A stretch of DNA of 64,000 nucleotides from an uncultured Candidatus Saccharibacteria bacterium (GCA_964525295.1 CAZGEO010000002.1:1230-65229); one strand, 5' to 3'. Shown: positions 36,541 to 47,045, numbered from the stretch's first letter. Notes: generated from the letters alone by a model not told the origin. Numbers and translations are program-made.

Positions 36541-37331
36541 ACTGTAATTGGTGACAAATTAATTAATGGATAGGTATTTCCCTCAAGCAGAATACGTACT
36601 CGGGGAAAATTAAGTGCATCAGATTGAAAATCGATTTCATAGACACCGTTGTTAAACCCTTGATTGAAGTAAATAATACCATCTGCATTGCTACGAAGTG
36701 CTGCTACAACGGCATTTGACTGGTCTTTCATATAAGCAACGACTCCTTCGATTGGTAGATTGTCGTCGATAATACGAAAAACAAGTGTATTTGGAATCTT
36801 GGGAATATTTGTCATCATATCGGCATAGTCGGTGATATTTTGCGATGTAATCTCGAGAGTTGGGATAATTTGTGGTTGGTCTTGAATTTGCGAAATCATT
36901 CCAGGAGATGCGACAGAACCGGCATCGCGCATTAATTTCTTGTATTCATCTGCATTCATGAAATATGCAGCCAGATAGTTTGGCAATACAGCAGGTTTTG
37001 TTGAGAAAAATTGCTCCTTTTTAATAACGTCAGTACCTTTCTTCCAAACTCGGCGAAGTGGAGTGTTGAGATTGCGAACGTATGCAGTGAGCCATTCTTC
37101 CATCGTTCTCTTTTGGTATGAACCAAGACCGAGTATAATTCCTACAAGCACGACAATAGGAATAAGTATCCAGGCAAAAAAACTTGGGAGTATTTCGACC
37201 TTATTTAATTGAAATAAGGCGAATGCAATAGCACCTGCTGCTGCAACATAAACGAATTGACGCAAACTTAAGCCTGCAAACAGCTTAAATTCATACTCCA
37301 TAATATTTTGTGGAATTGCGTGTTCGTACAT
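36537..37331 (-). CDS. Membrane protein, VirB3/PrgI-like candidate (two N-terminal TM helices)
   Basis: 264 aa with two adjacent hydrophobic helices near the N-terminus. Overlaps the downstream gene by 4 nt. Confidence 0.35.
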   Translation of the reverse strand: MYEHAIPQNIMEYEFKLFAGLSLRQFVYVAAAGAIAFALFQLNKVEILPSFFAWILIPIVVLVGIILGLGSYQKRTMEEWLTAYVRNLNTPLRRVWKKGTDVIKKEQFFSTKPAVLPNYLAAYFMNADEYKKLMRDAGSVASPGMISQIQDQPQIIPTLEITSQNITDYADMMTNIPKIPNTLVFRIIDDNLPIEGVVAYMKDQSNAVVAALRSNADGIIYFNQGFNNGVYEIDFQSDALNFPRVRILLEGNTYPLINLSPITV

Positions 37332-37376
37332 GCTACGCTAGTGTAGCAAAAAACTAATAAAACTGCGAGTCATAAG

Positions 37377-38186
37377 ATGGCAAACGAGGCAAAAAAGATA
37401 ATTCAAGAATTGAAGCACAACTTTGGTTGGCCATTTGATTGCCTTCGCTACGGTTATAATTCGGATAATAGATTCATTTCGCTCGATGGCCGTGAATCAT
37501 GGAGTCCTTCTCTTGAAGTTCAGCAAAAGATCAAAAATTCATTGAAGAAGCTTGAAACCGCCAGAAAGGCTACTGAAATTCTCGCAAAAATTCCCTGGGT
37601 CAAGGGAGTATTTGTTACTGGTTCCGTCGCTTCATTGAATGCTCAATTCGATGATGATATTGATTTTTGGCTTATCGTCTCGCCAAGGAGAATTTGGCTC
37701 ACCCGTGCCTTGGATTGGTTGATTTTCACACTTCGAGGTAAAAGAAGACTCGCAATTCATGGAGTTGACCAACACAAGGTTGCAGATAGATTCTGCTTTA
37801 ACTTCTATACAACAACAGCAGCATTAACGCTACGCAAACAAAATGTTTCTTATGCGATGCAGTTTGTAGACGCAATACCACTGTGGTTAGAAAGTGAAGT
37901 ACTGTACAAAGAATTATTGCAATCAAATCGTTGGGTTGAGCAGTATTTTCCTGAATGGTACAAGAAGTATGATGCAGTCTATCGTGAAATATCGGGCGAT
38001 TTCAATACGCAAACTTTCTTTGTTTTAGATATCTTTGAATATATTGCTGGTGTTCTCATGTTATTGAAATCTAGGCATAAATTAGTGCTAAGCCCAAAGA
38101 ATATATTTGCCGAACAATTTACAACCTGGGGCACAGAGCGTATACTCTCAGATTATGACGAGAAAACTATCACCGAAAGAAGTTAA
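37377..38186 (+). CDS. Nucleotidyltransferase-domain protein (Pol-beta superfamily)
   Basis: 269 aa. TGSVASLNAQFDDDIDFWLIV fits the GS-x(n)-DxD minimal NTase motif. Confidence 0.5.
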   Translation: MANEAKKIIQELKHNFGWPFDCLRYGYNSDNRFISLDGRESWSPSLEVQQKIKNSLKKLETARKATEILAKIPWVKGVFVTGSVASLNAQFDDDIDFWLIVSPRRIWLTRALDWLIFTLRGKRRLAIHGVDQHKVADRFCFNFYTTTAALTLRKQNVSYAMQFVDAIPLWLESEVLYKELLQSNRWVEQYFPEWYKKYDAVYREISGDFNTQTFFVLDIFEYIAGVLMLLKSRHKLVLSPKNIFAEQFTTWGTERILSDYDEKTITERS

Positions 38187-38709
38187 GAAATTCAATAAGC
38201 AGTTTAAAAAGAAAACTGAGATTGTCTTGGTATGTGAAAATATGGAATATGCAAGGAATGTCGCGAGTGTTTTTCGTATTGCAGATGCACTTGGCGTGAA
38301 GAAGGTATTTCTAACTGGAGCTTCGCATAAACCACCATTTGGTAAAGATCTACAAAAGGTCTCACGAAGTAAAGAGATGAAAGTAGCATGGGAATATTCG
38401 GAGACTGCAGCTGATGTATTGAGCAAGCTAAAAAAAGATGGATTTACTACCATTGCAATCGAGCAATGCGAAGGTGCAGTAATGTATACTGACTTTGAAT
38501 ACCCAGAAAAGATTGCGTTTGTTGTAGGTAGTGAAATGTTTGGCATGTCAAAAAAGACTGCAGAAATGTGCGATGCAGCCGTAGTTCTTCCGATGTTCGG
38601 AAAGGGCGGCTCTATCAATGTTCATGTTGCCATGGCAGTTGTAGCTTTCTATGCTGCAACGGTATATGCAAACATCAAGGGTGAAGATGAACTAGAAGCT
38701 GAAGAATAA
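38155..38709 (+). CDS. SpoU/TrmH-family RNA 2'-O-methyltransferase
   Basis: Start chosen at Met17 of the 200-aa ORF. SPOUT motifs VLVCENMEYARNVASVFR, VVGSEMFGMS and the C-terminal INVHVAMAV knot. Confidence 0.7.
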   Translation: MTRKLSPKEVKKFNKQFKKKTEIVLVCENMEYARNVASVFRIADALGVKKVFLTGASHKPPFGKDLQKVSRSKEMKVAWEYSETAADVLSKLKKDGFTTIAIEQCEGAVMYTDFEYPEKIAFVVGSEMFGMSKKTAEMCDAAVVLPMFGKGGSINVHVAMAVVAFYAATVYANIKGEDELEAEE

Positions 38710-38726
38710 TAATCGAAAATTGAGAA

Positions 38727-40526
38727 TTAATTAGCATTAATTATTTTTAGAAACGCCTCACTCGGAATGTTTACTCGTCCACTAAGTTTCATTTCGCGTT
38801 TCTTCTTTGCTTGATTGTTGCGAAGCTTCATTTTTCTGGTGATATCACCGCCGTAAAGCTTCGCAGTAACATCTTTTTTGTATGCTGCAACGTCCTCGCG
38901 GGCGATAACTTTACCACCGACCATCGCCTGAAGAGCTATAGAAAAGATGTGTGGAGGAATATTCTTTTTAAGTGTTTCAAGCATAGCGACTGAACGTTCT
39001 CTTGCGCGTTCTGGGATCTCAAGGAATGATAAAGGGGCGACGATTTCATGATTTACATAGATATCAACTTTCGATAATTGTGTCGGCTTATAAGTGAAAT
39101 CGCCATATTGTAATGATGCATAACCATGGCTTGAGCTTTTCATCGCAGAAAAAAATCCCTTGAGCAGTTCAGCGTAAGGCATATCAACTTCTAGTGTTAC
39201 ATAATGCAAGTTACTGATGTGCGAAGAAAAGGTATCTTTCGTATTCATAATGACACCTCGATACGACATAATTATGTCATAAATTGATGAGATGTAATCA
39301 CTTGGTGTTAGAATTTCTGCTTTGATAAATGGTTCTTCAAGTGTTTTAATTTCGGGTAGAGAGGGTAGGTCATAGGCTGATTTCACTGAAATATGTTCAC
39401 CTGTGTGCAGGGTGGCGTGATATTCAACGCTTGGCACGGTCACTACAGTATTAACGAGAAATTCTCTTTCTAGGCGTTCTTTTGTGATTTCAAGGTGCAG
39501 AAGTCCAAGAAAACCAACTCGGTAACCTTGCCCGAGGAGTGGCGAATATGCTTCTTGTATATCAAGCGAGGCGTCATTTAATGCTAGTTTTTGAATACTT
39601 TCCTTCAAAAGCAAATAATCTTGTTTCTCTTCAGGGAAGAGAGAAGCAAAGACTTTTGGTGCTGGTTTATCAAATCCAGGGATCGGATTGTCGTTTGTTT
39701 TCTCTGAAATAGTGTCTCCAATACGAACCTGCTTAATATCTTTGATTCCGGTAGCAATGAATCCTACATTTCCAGCCGTTAAGACGCCGGTTTCGATCAT
39801 TTTCGGCGAATAAATGCCTGCATCCTTAGTCAGAAAAGATGCTTTTGTATTCAGTAAATTGTAGTGACTACCTTTTTTAATCTCTCCGCTGAATACCCGA
39901 ACGGAAGCAATGATTCCTTTATGTTCATCATAAATGGAATCGAATATGAGTGCTTGTGCAGAGTTAGATTCGACCTTTGGTGGTGCAATTCTTTCAGTTA
40001 TGGCATCAAGTAGTGACGCAACACCTTGACCGGTTTTGCCTGAAGTGAGAACTATCTCATCACGAGTGAAACCGAGAATTTCTTTTATCTCTTCTAGTCT
40101 TTCTTCAATTAAATGTTCACCTACATCGATTTTATTCAAAACGGGAATTATTGTTAAATTCGCTTCCATTGCGAGAAGTAGGTTAGAGATTGTCTGAGCT
40201 TGCACTCCTTGAGTTACATCGATGAGTAAAAGGGCGCCTTCACAGGCTTTCATTGAACGCGAAACTTCGTAGGTGAAATCAATATGCCCAGGAGTATCGA
40301 TTAAATTCAATGTATGCCCCTTCCATTTCATGGTCGCAGGTTGAAGTTTGATGGTAATACCTCGTTCCTGTTCAATTTCCAAAGTGTCGGTGATTCGATC
40401 TTGGTTATTTAGTTGTCGAGTGAAATCTTGAGTCGTAAGTTCGAGCATTCGGTCGGTAAGTGTTGATTTACCATGATCGATGTGCGCAATAATACAAAAA
40501 TTTCGAATCTGTGATGTATCTGACAT
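38727..40526 (-). CDS. lepA: Elongation factor 4 (LepA)
   Basis: 599 aa. IRNFCIIAHIDHGKSTL G1 motif, DTPGH, NKID, and the LepA-specific C-terminal domain. Confidence 0.95.
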   Translation of the reverse strand: MSDTSQIRNFCIIAHIDHGKSTLTDRMLELTTQDFTRQLNNQDRITDTLEIEQERGITIKLQPATMKWKGHTLNLIDTPGHIDFTYEVSRSMKACEGALLLIDVTQGVQAQTISNLLLAMEANLTIIPVLNKIDVGEHLIEERLEEIKEILGFTRDEIVLTSGKTGQGVASLLDAITERIAPPKVESNSAQALIFDSIYDEHKGIIASVRVFSGEIKKGSHYNLLNTKASFLTKDAGIYSPKMIETGVLTAGNVGFIATGIKDIKQVRIGDTISEKTNDNPIPGFDKPAPKVFASLFPEEKQDYLLLKESIQKLALNDASLDIQEAYSPLLGQGYRVGFLGLLHLEITKERLEREFLVNTVVTVPSVEYHATLHTGEHISVKSAYDLPSLPEIKTLEEPFIKAEILTPSDYISSIYDIIMSYRGVIMNTKDTFSSHISNLHYVTLEVDMPYAELLKGFFSAMKSSSHGYASLQYGDFTYKPTQLSKVDIYVNHEIVAPLSFLEIPERARERSVAMLETLKKNIPPHIFSIALQAMVGGKVIAREDVAAYKKDVTAKLYGGDITRKMKLRNNQAKKKREMKLSGRVNIPSEAFLKIINAN

Positions 40527-40544
40527 TAGGCGAATTGTGCCAGA

Positions 40545-41129
40545 TTATGGCTTTTCAGTAAAGACCAAGGTGAGAGTTGGTTGTACCTGTAACTTGGTAG
40601 TAGGTTCAAGAATAATCGTAACAGGTACTATAGAATTTGCTGAGACAACCATTTCTACGGGTGAAATGACCCCTTCTGCCGAGATGATTTCCATTTTTTG
40701 ACCTTCATATAGTACTGAAATCTTTGTATAGGAACCTTCAATTGAGTATGTCGGTGTCAACATTACTTTCTTGTCAGTTAGTGAAGTATTCTTAATGGTA
40801 GTGACGGTAAATTCATACGTAGATGGCTCCAAGGTTGAGAATTGAATGTCAGCGGTAGCCTGGCCAGAGAAATCTGTCGTACCGGCGAAACTTGAAGCTG
40901 TAATGTACGGAACTTTTGCTAAAGATTGGGGAAAATAGGTGAGGGTTCCCACATTGTCACTTTTTGCGCCTAGAACATTGCTATTATTCTGTGCAATTTG
41001 TACCGCTGATTTTGGCGTTAAGGCAGAAAGGCCATAGAACGTTAAACCCAAGATGCTTACCGATAAGACGGTAAGTAGAGCATCGCCTACTAGGGCAGTA
41101 ACGCTACGCTTTTCTTGTTTTCTCTCCAT
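40545..41129 (-). CDS. Secreted hypothetical protein (signal anchor, beta-rich)
   Basis: 194 aa. N-terminal hydrophobic segment. Confidence 0.4.
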   Translation of the reverse strand: MERKQEKRSVTALVGDALLTVLSVSILGLTFYGLSALTPKSAVQIAQNNSNVLGAKSDNVGTLTYFPQSLAKVPYITASSFAGTTDFSGQATADIQFSTLEPSTYEFTVTTIKNTSLTDKKVMLTPTYSIEGSYTKISVLYEGQKMEIISAEGVISPVEMVVSANSIVPVTIILEPTTKLQVQPTLTLVFTEKP

Positions 41130-41661
41130 ATAAATAGCTGATCATATCTGAAATATGAGTATCGAGGTATGCAAATACCTGATACGTGTAGAATACCGCA
41201 AAAACCGCAAGAATGAAAGGGATGTAAAGTGGGATTATGTTCGACCTGAACTCACCAAAGAGTGAGATAACTGCGAGCCAAAGGAATATTCCCCATGAAA
41301 AGAGCTTGGGATACATATCTTTACCATCTTCAATCCAAGAGCTGAGATTGTAATGAATGACTTTAACCAAAACTCTTGGTGATCTAGTTAAGTCATTAAA
41401 TAATATCGTTTTAGCAAGAATAATCATTACGGCAATAACGATAATAGAAATAAACACAAGCCCCCCAATAATTGAAACTGATTGGACTTGTGCCGTAGAT
41501 TCTACAACTATACTATTTATGATGCTCCCTTCGGTCGCAACAAACGTAAATCTACTACCAGTTGCTAACAAACCTACCCAAATGCCAACAAGTTTTGCGA
41601 CAAAAAGAGTAGTTGCTGCATAAATAGAGGTTTCGAAGAATTTTTTCAGAAAGCTACTCAT
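41104..41661 (-). CDS. Polytopic membrane protein of unknown function
   Basis: 185 aa with ~4 hydrophobic helices. Confidence 0.45.
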   Translation of the reverse strand: MSSFLKKFFETSIYAATTLFVAKLVGIWVGLLATGSRFTFVATEGSIINSIVVESTAQVQSVSIIGGLVFISIIVIAVMIILAKTILFNDLTRSPRVLVKVIHYNLSSWIEDGKDMYPKLFSWGIFLWLAVISLFGEFRSNIIPLYIPFILAVFAVFYTYQVFAYLDTHISDMISYLYGEKTRKA

Positions 41662-41707
41662 AATAAGTCAGTATACCGTACTTTGAAAATCTATGCTACA
41701 CTAATTC

Positions 41708-42478
41708 ATGAATGCTGCCATGAAATGGTTTCTAGTAATTGGGATAATTGCGGTAACATTCGTATTGCCCGTAATTTTACAATCAATGACCGAAAATAAG
41801 AGTAAAAATCTGCAACAAGTTGAGCAAGAATCGGCGAATGTGCCAACTCCTTCACCTGTTGTTGTGAAATCTATTCCTCCGACTTCTGTCATTGCAGGAA
41901 GTGATTTTACCTATCGAATTTCAGTAGAAACCAATCCAATTCAAGAAATTGTCGCAGTTGTAACCGAAAAGCCCGATTGGCTCGAATGGGATGAGACACA
42001 GAAGATATTAACAGGTAAAGTTCCTGAAAAACCTGGTACCTTCACTGCTACAGTGGTTGTAACAACATTAGCAGGTGATTCTGTCACGCAAAAAATGACA
42101 GTAATAATAACAGCGAACGAAGCAGCTGTTCAAGGTGCTTCAACAACAATGACGTCATTTGATCCTTTTCACCCTGAAGTTACAACTACTGTTGAGCCAA
42201 CACCAGAAGAAATAATTCCAACGACGGTTGTTCCTACAGCTGTTTGGCAACTTTCAGGCGATTCTTTCACAGGCATTGGAACAACACCAGAAACGGCTCA
42301 AGTTCTTGGTGAATCTACCTCAACAAATGTTGCTATCCGTGTAGATTATTTACTTTACGGCGCAGCAGGTTTGCTCTTGGTATCTATTGGTTACTTGCTT
42401 GCACGTTTGTTCTCAAAAGATAAGAATATCGCCAGAAAAACCTCATCAGGCGTTGTTGTTCAGTCAGTTAGGTCATGA
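41708..42478 (+). CDS. Surface protein with a putative Ig (dystroglycan/cadherin-like) domain and C-terminal TM anchor
   Basis: 256 aa. Signal anchor, SIPPTSVIAGSDFTYRISVE domain, C-terminal helix LLYGAAGLLLVSIGYLLARLF. Confidence 0.45.
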   Translation: MNAAMKWFLVIGIIAVTFVLPVILQSMTENKSKNLQQVEQESANVPTPSPVVVKSIPPTSVIAGSDFTYRISVETNPIQEIVAVVTEKPDWLEWDETQKILTGKVPEKPGTFTATVVVTTLAGDSVTQKMTVIITANEAAVQGASTTMTSFDPFHPEVTTTVEPTPEEIIPTTVVPTAVWQLSGDSFTGIGTTPETAQVLGESTSTNVAIRVDYLLYGAAGLLLVSIGYLLARLFSKDKNIARKTSSGVVVQSVRS

Positions 42479-42900
42479 AAAATTTTTTACCGAAACTCGC
42501 CATAATTAGCGGATTATTTGTTATAGTCACCCCACTTGTGATGGTACTTCTATGGGGAAGGTATGTTCGCGAACAAGAACAACTCGAAGGAACACAGTTG
42601 TTAGTAAAATCTGAGTGCGAACCATACAATATGTCGCTCGATCGAGCAGATGATGGGAAATACCGTATTTCTTGGCAAACCAAAGGAGTATGTGAATCAC
42701 ATGTTTTACTCGCCTCGACCTACACTGACTTTGCCAATATGCCGTACCAAGTGTCACCAATAACCGTGAGTCTTGAGAAAAATTCTTATCAAGTAATTCT
42801 TCAGGCACAAGATGAGATTGACTATCGGTATGCGGTTATTGTTTCTAACGGGGAATGGTATGGACTACAGGGAAGTCCTTTCTTGCTTGAGAAAAGATAG
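42475..42900 (+). CDS. hypothetical protein with an N-terminal TM helix
   Basis: 141 aa, ATGA-coupled to the upstream gene. Confidence 0.4.
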   Translation: MKNFLPKLAIISGLFVIVTPLVMVLLWGRYVREQEQLEGTQLLVKSECEPYNMSLDRADDGKYRISWQTKGVCESHVLLASTYTDFANMPYQVSPITVSLEKNSYQVILQAQDEIDYRYAVIVSNGEWYGLQGSPFLLEKR

Positions 42901-42976
42901 AGTTTTTATTAATTTTCAATCGTAAATTTTAGTGACCTCAGAGAACAATTACGAATCATCAGTCATAACGTATCAA

Positions 42977-43900
42977 TCACATCGTTGCTAACAATATGTC
43001 TAACCCGAATTGTTCATCATCGAATTTCCCAGATTTGAGTGCTAATTCAAGGTTCATGAGACGCGTTATTGCTCGGTGTAATTTTTGAATGGTAATGTCT
43101 CGTTCAGAAATTGTTTTTGCTAAAGAAGAAATGTAAAAAGGGTGTTTACCTAGTTTTGTTGCAATTGATGTGTTATCAATACCGTCTTTTCTGCCATGAA
43201 GAATGGCCAACGCAACAAAAACTGTGGTTTTTGCAAATGAGATAACTTCATAGGGGGAAAGGACCTCGATAAGCGCTGTAAAATAGGCGTGTTGTCGATC
43301 TTTATGCGGATTAAAAAGATTGGTAAGAATATCCCATTGATTAACTTGATTCGCCGTTGCTGAAAGTAAATCTTTCAATAATTTCTCTGATTCCTGTGGA
43401 TCTTCTGTAGCCAGTGCCTGCATGCGACGTTCCAGGATTCCATATAAAAGAGGTGAAAGCCGTTCTTTTCCTTGTTCGTTAGGGACTGTGATACTTTGAT
43501 ATAGTTTGAGCAATTCATCTCGGCCGAGATTAATGTTGTATTTTGCGAGTAGAGTAGCAACCTTAGTCTTAATTTGCTGATCAGTTACCGCGTCACTAAG
43601 AAGTTTCGCGCCTTTTATTGATTCTGGTTTGATCTTACCTTTTGGTGAAACCAAAAAAAGTGTTTCTGTTGTTGATGTGAATCTTTTAACTAAATCTTCG
43701 GTCAATTCAACATTATGAATGATATAGATTTGTTCGGATGGTAAGAAAGATATTGCCTCAAGATAGCCGAGTGCAATTGCTAATTCTCTATCATTTGAAC
43801 CGTCAAAACGTAAGAATTTTTTGCCTGCAAGCTTTTTCGTTTCAGCTTGTAGAAGAATGAGATCTGTATCTCTATCTCCGGTTTTTATGACGGTAATCAT
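42977..43900 (-). CDS. Possible DNA polymerase III delta subunit (HolA)
   Basis: 307 aa. C-terminal RLMNLELALKSGKFDDEQ resembles the HolA C-terminal helix. Weak overall similarity. Confidence 0.4.
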   Translation of the reverse strand: MITVIKTGDRDTDLILLQAETKKLAGKKFLRFDGSNDRELAIALGYLEAISFLPSEQIYIIHNVELTEDLVKRFTSTTETLFLVSPKGKIKPESIKGAKLLSDAVTDQQIKTKVATLLAKYNINLGRDELLKLYQSITVPNEQGKERLSPLLYGILERRMQALATEDPQESEKLLKDLLSATANQVNQWDILTNLFNPHKDRQHAYFTALIEVLSPYEVISFAKTTVFVALAILHGRKDGIDNTSIATKLGKHPFYISSLAKTISERDITIQKLHRAITRLMNLELALKSGKFDDEQFGLDILLATM

Positions 43901-43902
43901 AA

Positions 43903-45519
43903 TTATTTTGCTACGGCGATGGTGATAACGCTACCGCTTGGTCGAGGGGCATCAACTTCGGGATTAGTTGCGTCAACATAGGTATAGCCATATACTTTTG
44001 CAATAAATTGTGCGGTACTAGCGTAATTTTCGCCACCAACATTATATACATAGTTATTGTCACGTTTTTCAATAGTGCCACAATCTTTGATTGGAGCATA
44101 GTAAAATCGTGATGCCATATTTTTGTAAGTATTCTTGTAATCACTTTTTCCTGCACCGTAAACGCAAACAGAACCACCCATTCCAACTACCAATGTAGGA
44201 TCTTGTGCATAATCAGATAGATAGGCCTTCACCTGCGACCAATTTGTGCGCCCAGCAGAGGGTTGTAGCGTATATAAATGTCCTGAACCGCGAGTAATCA
44301 ATCGACCATAGCGACCACCGGCTGCCGGATCAAGTACTTGCGAATACATTGAGGGCTTACCTTTTTCAAGTAAAATAGTTAAGCCAGCTTCGATATCTTC
44401 GGGGGTAACTTTGTTGAACTTGATATTATTAGCGACTGTACCAATAATCTCCATAATTACCTTAGGATTTTGTAATGTCTCCATTTTTGTTGCTTTATCA
44501 ACTACCGCTTGAATAATCTTTTGCTGTCTTCTGGCTCGGGCAAAATCTGATGCTTCTGAACCTGGGTAAGCATGGCGAATTCTTGCGTATTGTAGGGCAG
44601 TCGCACCGTTCATATGTTGCATACCTTTTGCAAAGGTGACTTTCATCCAGCCGTAATTTTCTGTTGGGTAATCACCTTTAAATGCGGTGTCAACCTCAAC
44701 GTCAACGCCGCCGAGTTGATCAATAACTGTTGTAAACCCTTTCAAGTCGACCATGACATAGTACTGAATAGGAACGCCAGAGATGTTTTGAATTAAAGTT
44801 CGTAAATAATCCATTCCACCGCCTGCGCGCTTCTGTTCACCATAGTAGTACGTAGCATTTATCTTGCCAATACTCGGGGTGTTTGGATAGTTGACGTCCA
44901 GGTCTCTAGGAAAAGAAACCATAGCAATTTTATGTGAAGCGTTATTGTAACTAGCGAGAATAATAGTGTCGGTATTAAGTAGACGGCTTCCTTTTTCTCT
45001 TGTGTCGATACCAACAATAAGTATTGATGTCAAATTGTTACCATCTTTTTGGAGTGTTGCTTTTTTCTTGAGAGTCCCGAACGCGCCGTTGTTTCCAGTT
45101 ATTGTAAAGTTTGCTGCTTTGAAAAATGGTTGGATTATTGCTGAACCAATGTAAATGCCATAAGGAATCGCTCCTGCGAAGAGTAAAAGTGGAATAATTA
45201 TTACAAAAAAGCTTCGCAAAAAGTTGAGAAATCGCCTACCTTTACTGAGTGGAGGTTTTGTAGGCTCAATTTTCTTAACTTCAGGAATATTTTCTTTTAC
45301 CTCTGTATCAATCGATACACTCGTTTTTTTCTTGCCAATAAAAGGTAGTTTTAATTTGGGCCAGTTGAATTTCGGAAAAGAAAAGTGAGTACGTTTTTTC
45401 GCTTGAGGAGAGCTTACGGGTTCAGGTGTTGTTGAGTTACTAATTTCTTTTGCTGTAGTTAGCTGTTTTTTTACGCGACTACGGTGCTTTTGCTCTTTTT
45501 CCATACCGCATTTTCGCAC
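43903..45519 (-). CDS. LCP (LytR-CpsA-Psr) family cell-envelope phosphotransferase
   Basis: 538 aa. N-terminal TM, ILIVGIDTREKG...DTIILASY...VSFPRDL core motifs. Confidence 0.8.
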   Translation of the reverse strand: MRKCGMEKEQKHRSRVKKQLTTAKEISNSTTPEPVSSPQAKKRTHFSFPKFNWPKLKLPFIGKKKTSVSIDTEVKENIPEVKKIEPTKPPLSKGRRFLNFLRSFFVIIIPLLLFAGAIPYGIYIGSAIIQPFFKAANFTITGNNGAFGTLKKKATLQKDGNNLTSILIVGIDTREKGSRLLNTDTIILASYNNASHKIAMVSFPRDLDVNYPNTPSIGKINATYYYGEQKRAGGGMDYLRTLIQNISGVPIQYYVMVDLKGFTTVIDQLGGVDVEVDTAFKGDYPTENYGWMKVTFAKGMQHMNGATALQYARIRHAYPGSEASDFARARRQQKIIQAVVDKATKMETLQNPKVIMEIIGTVANNIKFNKVTPEDIEAGLTILLEKGKPSMYSQVLDPAAGGRYGRLITRGSGHLYTLQPSAGRTNWSQVKAYLSDYAQDPTLVVGMGGSVCVYGAGKSDYKNTYKNMASRFYYAPIKDCGTIEKRDNNYVYNVGGENYASTAQFIAKVYGYTYVDATNPEVDAPRPSGSVITIAVAK

Positions 45520-45543
45520 ATTTAAACAAAATAGTACATTCTC

Positions 45544-46659
45544 TTAACGAAGATAGAGAGTAATGTTCTTTTGATGCTCTGCTTCGTTCTTTGCGTAGCG
45601 AATTTGCCCGTCAGTTCCGTGAAGATAATACCAATAGTCACTTTGAATCGGTGATAATACCGCTTGAATACTTTCAACACCAGGGTTACTAATTGGCGTT
45701 GGTGGTAAACCTGCTCGAATATATGTGTTGTAAGGGGTATCCGTCGCAATATCAGTTTTGTAAATGGGTGCTTTCCAATTTTTCTTTTCATAAAGAAATG
45801 CAGCATCTACATTCAATAACCAGCCAGATTTAAGGCGCTTTAAGAGAATGCCAGCAACTGTTTGCTTTTCTGTATATGATTTTCCGGCTTCTTTTTCGAT
45901 AATTGATGCGAGTACAACGACTTCGTAAGGGGTTAATTCAGTAGATTTTAATAATGTAGTGGTATCTATTACTTTTTTGGTGAACGTATTTAATAATAAT
46001 TCAGCAACTTTTCGTGCATTGGCATTCTTTTCGATTTCGTACGTATCAGGGTACATAAATCCTTCAAAGGAAGTTTTTCCTTTTGTGATCACAAAAGAAT
46101 CTAAGAATTCACGATTTGTCATTAATGACATAAATTCGGCTTTATCATATTGTTTAATTGAGTTCTCTTTCCCCATTGCAATATCGATTTTTTCTGCGAT
46201 TTCATCCATTCTGAGGCCTTCTTGAATCGTAACTCTTACTGTAGGAATTCTCGAATTTTGTAGATAAGGAACTAATTGTTCGAGACTGATTGGTGAAGTA
46301 ATTTCGTAGTAGCCAGCCTGAATCTTTGCTCCAGCGTCGATTTTCTTCACATAACAAACAAAATCATAGGCAGAGGATACTAATTTCTTTTCTTCAAGTT
46401 TCTTGCCTATTGCTAACGAATCTTCCCCTGTGCTGATAGTGAATGGAGTAACACTTTTCTCTGTGCTATTTTGTTTTGTCGCAATGGCGTCATCTACGTA
46501 ACAGCGATAAAGTGCAATTTTTTGCTGAACATCAGCTCGAGATAATGCGTAAGCACCACCTGCAATAAGAAATATGAGTATATAAAGAAAGAATTTGAGT
46601 ATGAAACCGGATTTCTTCTTTGGCTGTTCTTTGACGATTGTGCTGTTGTAAAAGGCCAT
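45544..46659 (-). CDS. mltG: Endolytic murein transglycosylase MltG (YceG family)
   Basis: 371 aa. N-terminal TM, then YceG motifs ASIIEKEAG and NTYIRAGLPPTPISNPG. Confidence 0.85.
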   Translation of the reverse strand: MAFYNSTIVKEQPKKKSGFILKFFLYILIFLIAGGAYALSRADVQQKIALYRCYVDDAIATKQNSTEKSVTPFTISTGEDSLAIGKKLEEKKLVSSAYDFVCYVKKIDAGAKIQAGYYEITSPISLEQLVPYLQNSRIPTVRVTIQEGLRMDEIAEKIDIAMGKENSIKQYDKAEFMSLMTNREFLDSFVITKGKTSFEGFMYPDTYEIEKNANARKVAELLLNTFTKKVIDTTTLLKSTELTPYEVVVLASIIEKEAGKSYTEKQTVAGILLKRLKSGWLLNVDAAFLYEKKNWKAPIYKTDIATDTPYNTYIRAGLPPTPISNPGVESIQAVLSPIQSDYWYYLHGTDGQIRYAKNEAEHQKNITLYLR

Positions 46660-46665
46660 ATAATG

Positions 46666-47043
46666 TTATTTCATATTATCTGTGTGCCACTGGGTCAAGA
46701 TTTCAACGGCACTCATTGAATCTAAGTTCTCTTGTTGCTTCTTAGATGTTATCAGTTTTTTAGTCACAATCGAAGTATTATCTTCTGTTGTAAAATGGGT
46801 CTCGATTGCAAATTTCTCTTGTAAGGCTTTGGCGAACTTCTCGACTTTTTTCAAAGTATTTTCGTAAGATGGCTTACCAAGCACTACTTTCGTAATACGA
46901 TAATCAGTAAGTATTTTGGCGATTTTCGAGAAAAGCTCTCGGTCGTTAAGCATTTTTGGCAATTGACTGACGACTCCGCTGGTGGGCTCTAAAATCGCCA
47001 ATCCAAGTTTTTTTGTTCCAAAATCTATGCCAAGAATGTACAT
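46666..47043 (-). CDS. ruvX: Holliday-junction resolvase-like nuclease RuvX/YqgF
   Basis: 125 aa. MYILGIDFGTKKLGLAI RNase H-like N-terminus. Confidence 0.85.
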   Translation of the reverse strand: MYILGIDFGTKKLGLAILEPTSGVVSQLPKMLNDRELFSKIAKILTDYRITKVVLGKPSYENTLKKVEKFAKALQEKFAIETHFTTEDNTSIVTKKLITSKKQQENLDSMSAVEILTQWHTDNMK

Positions 47044-47045
47044 AC

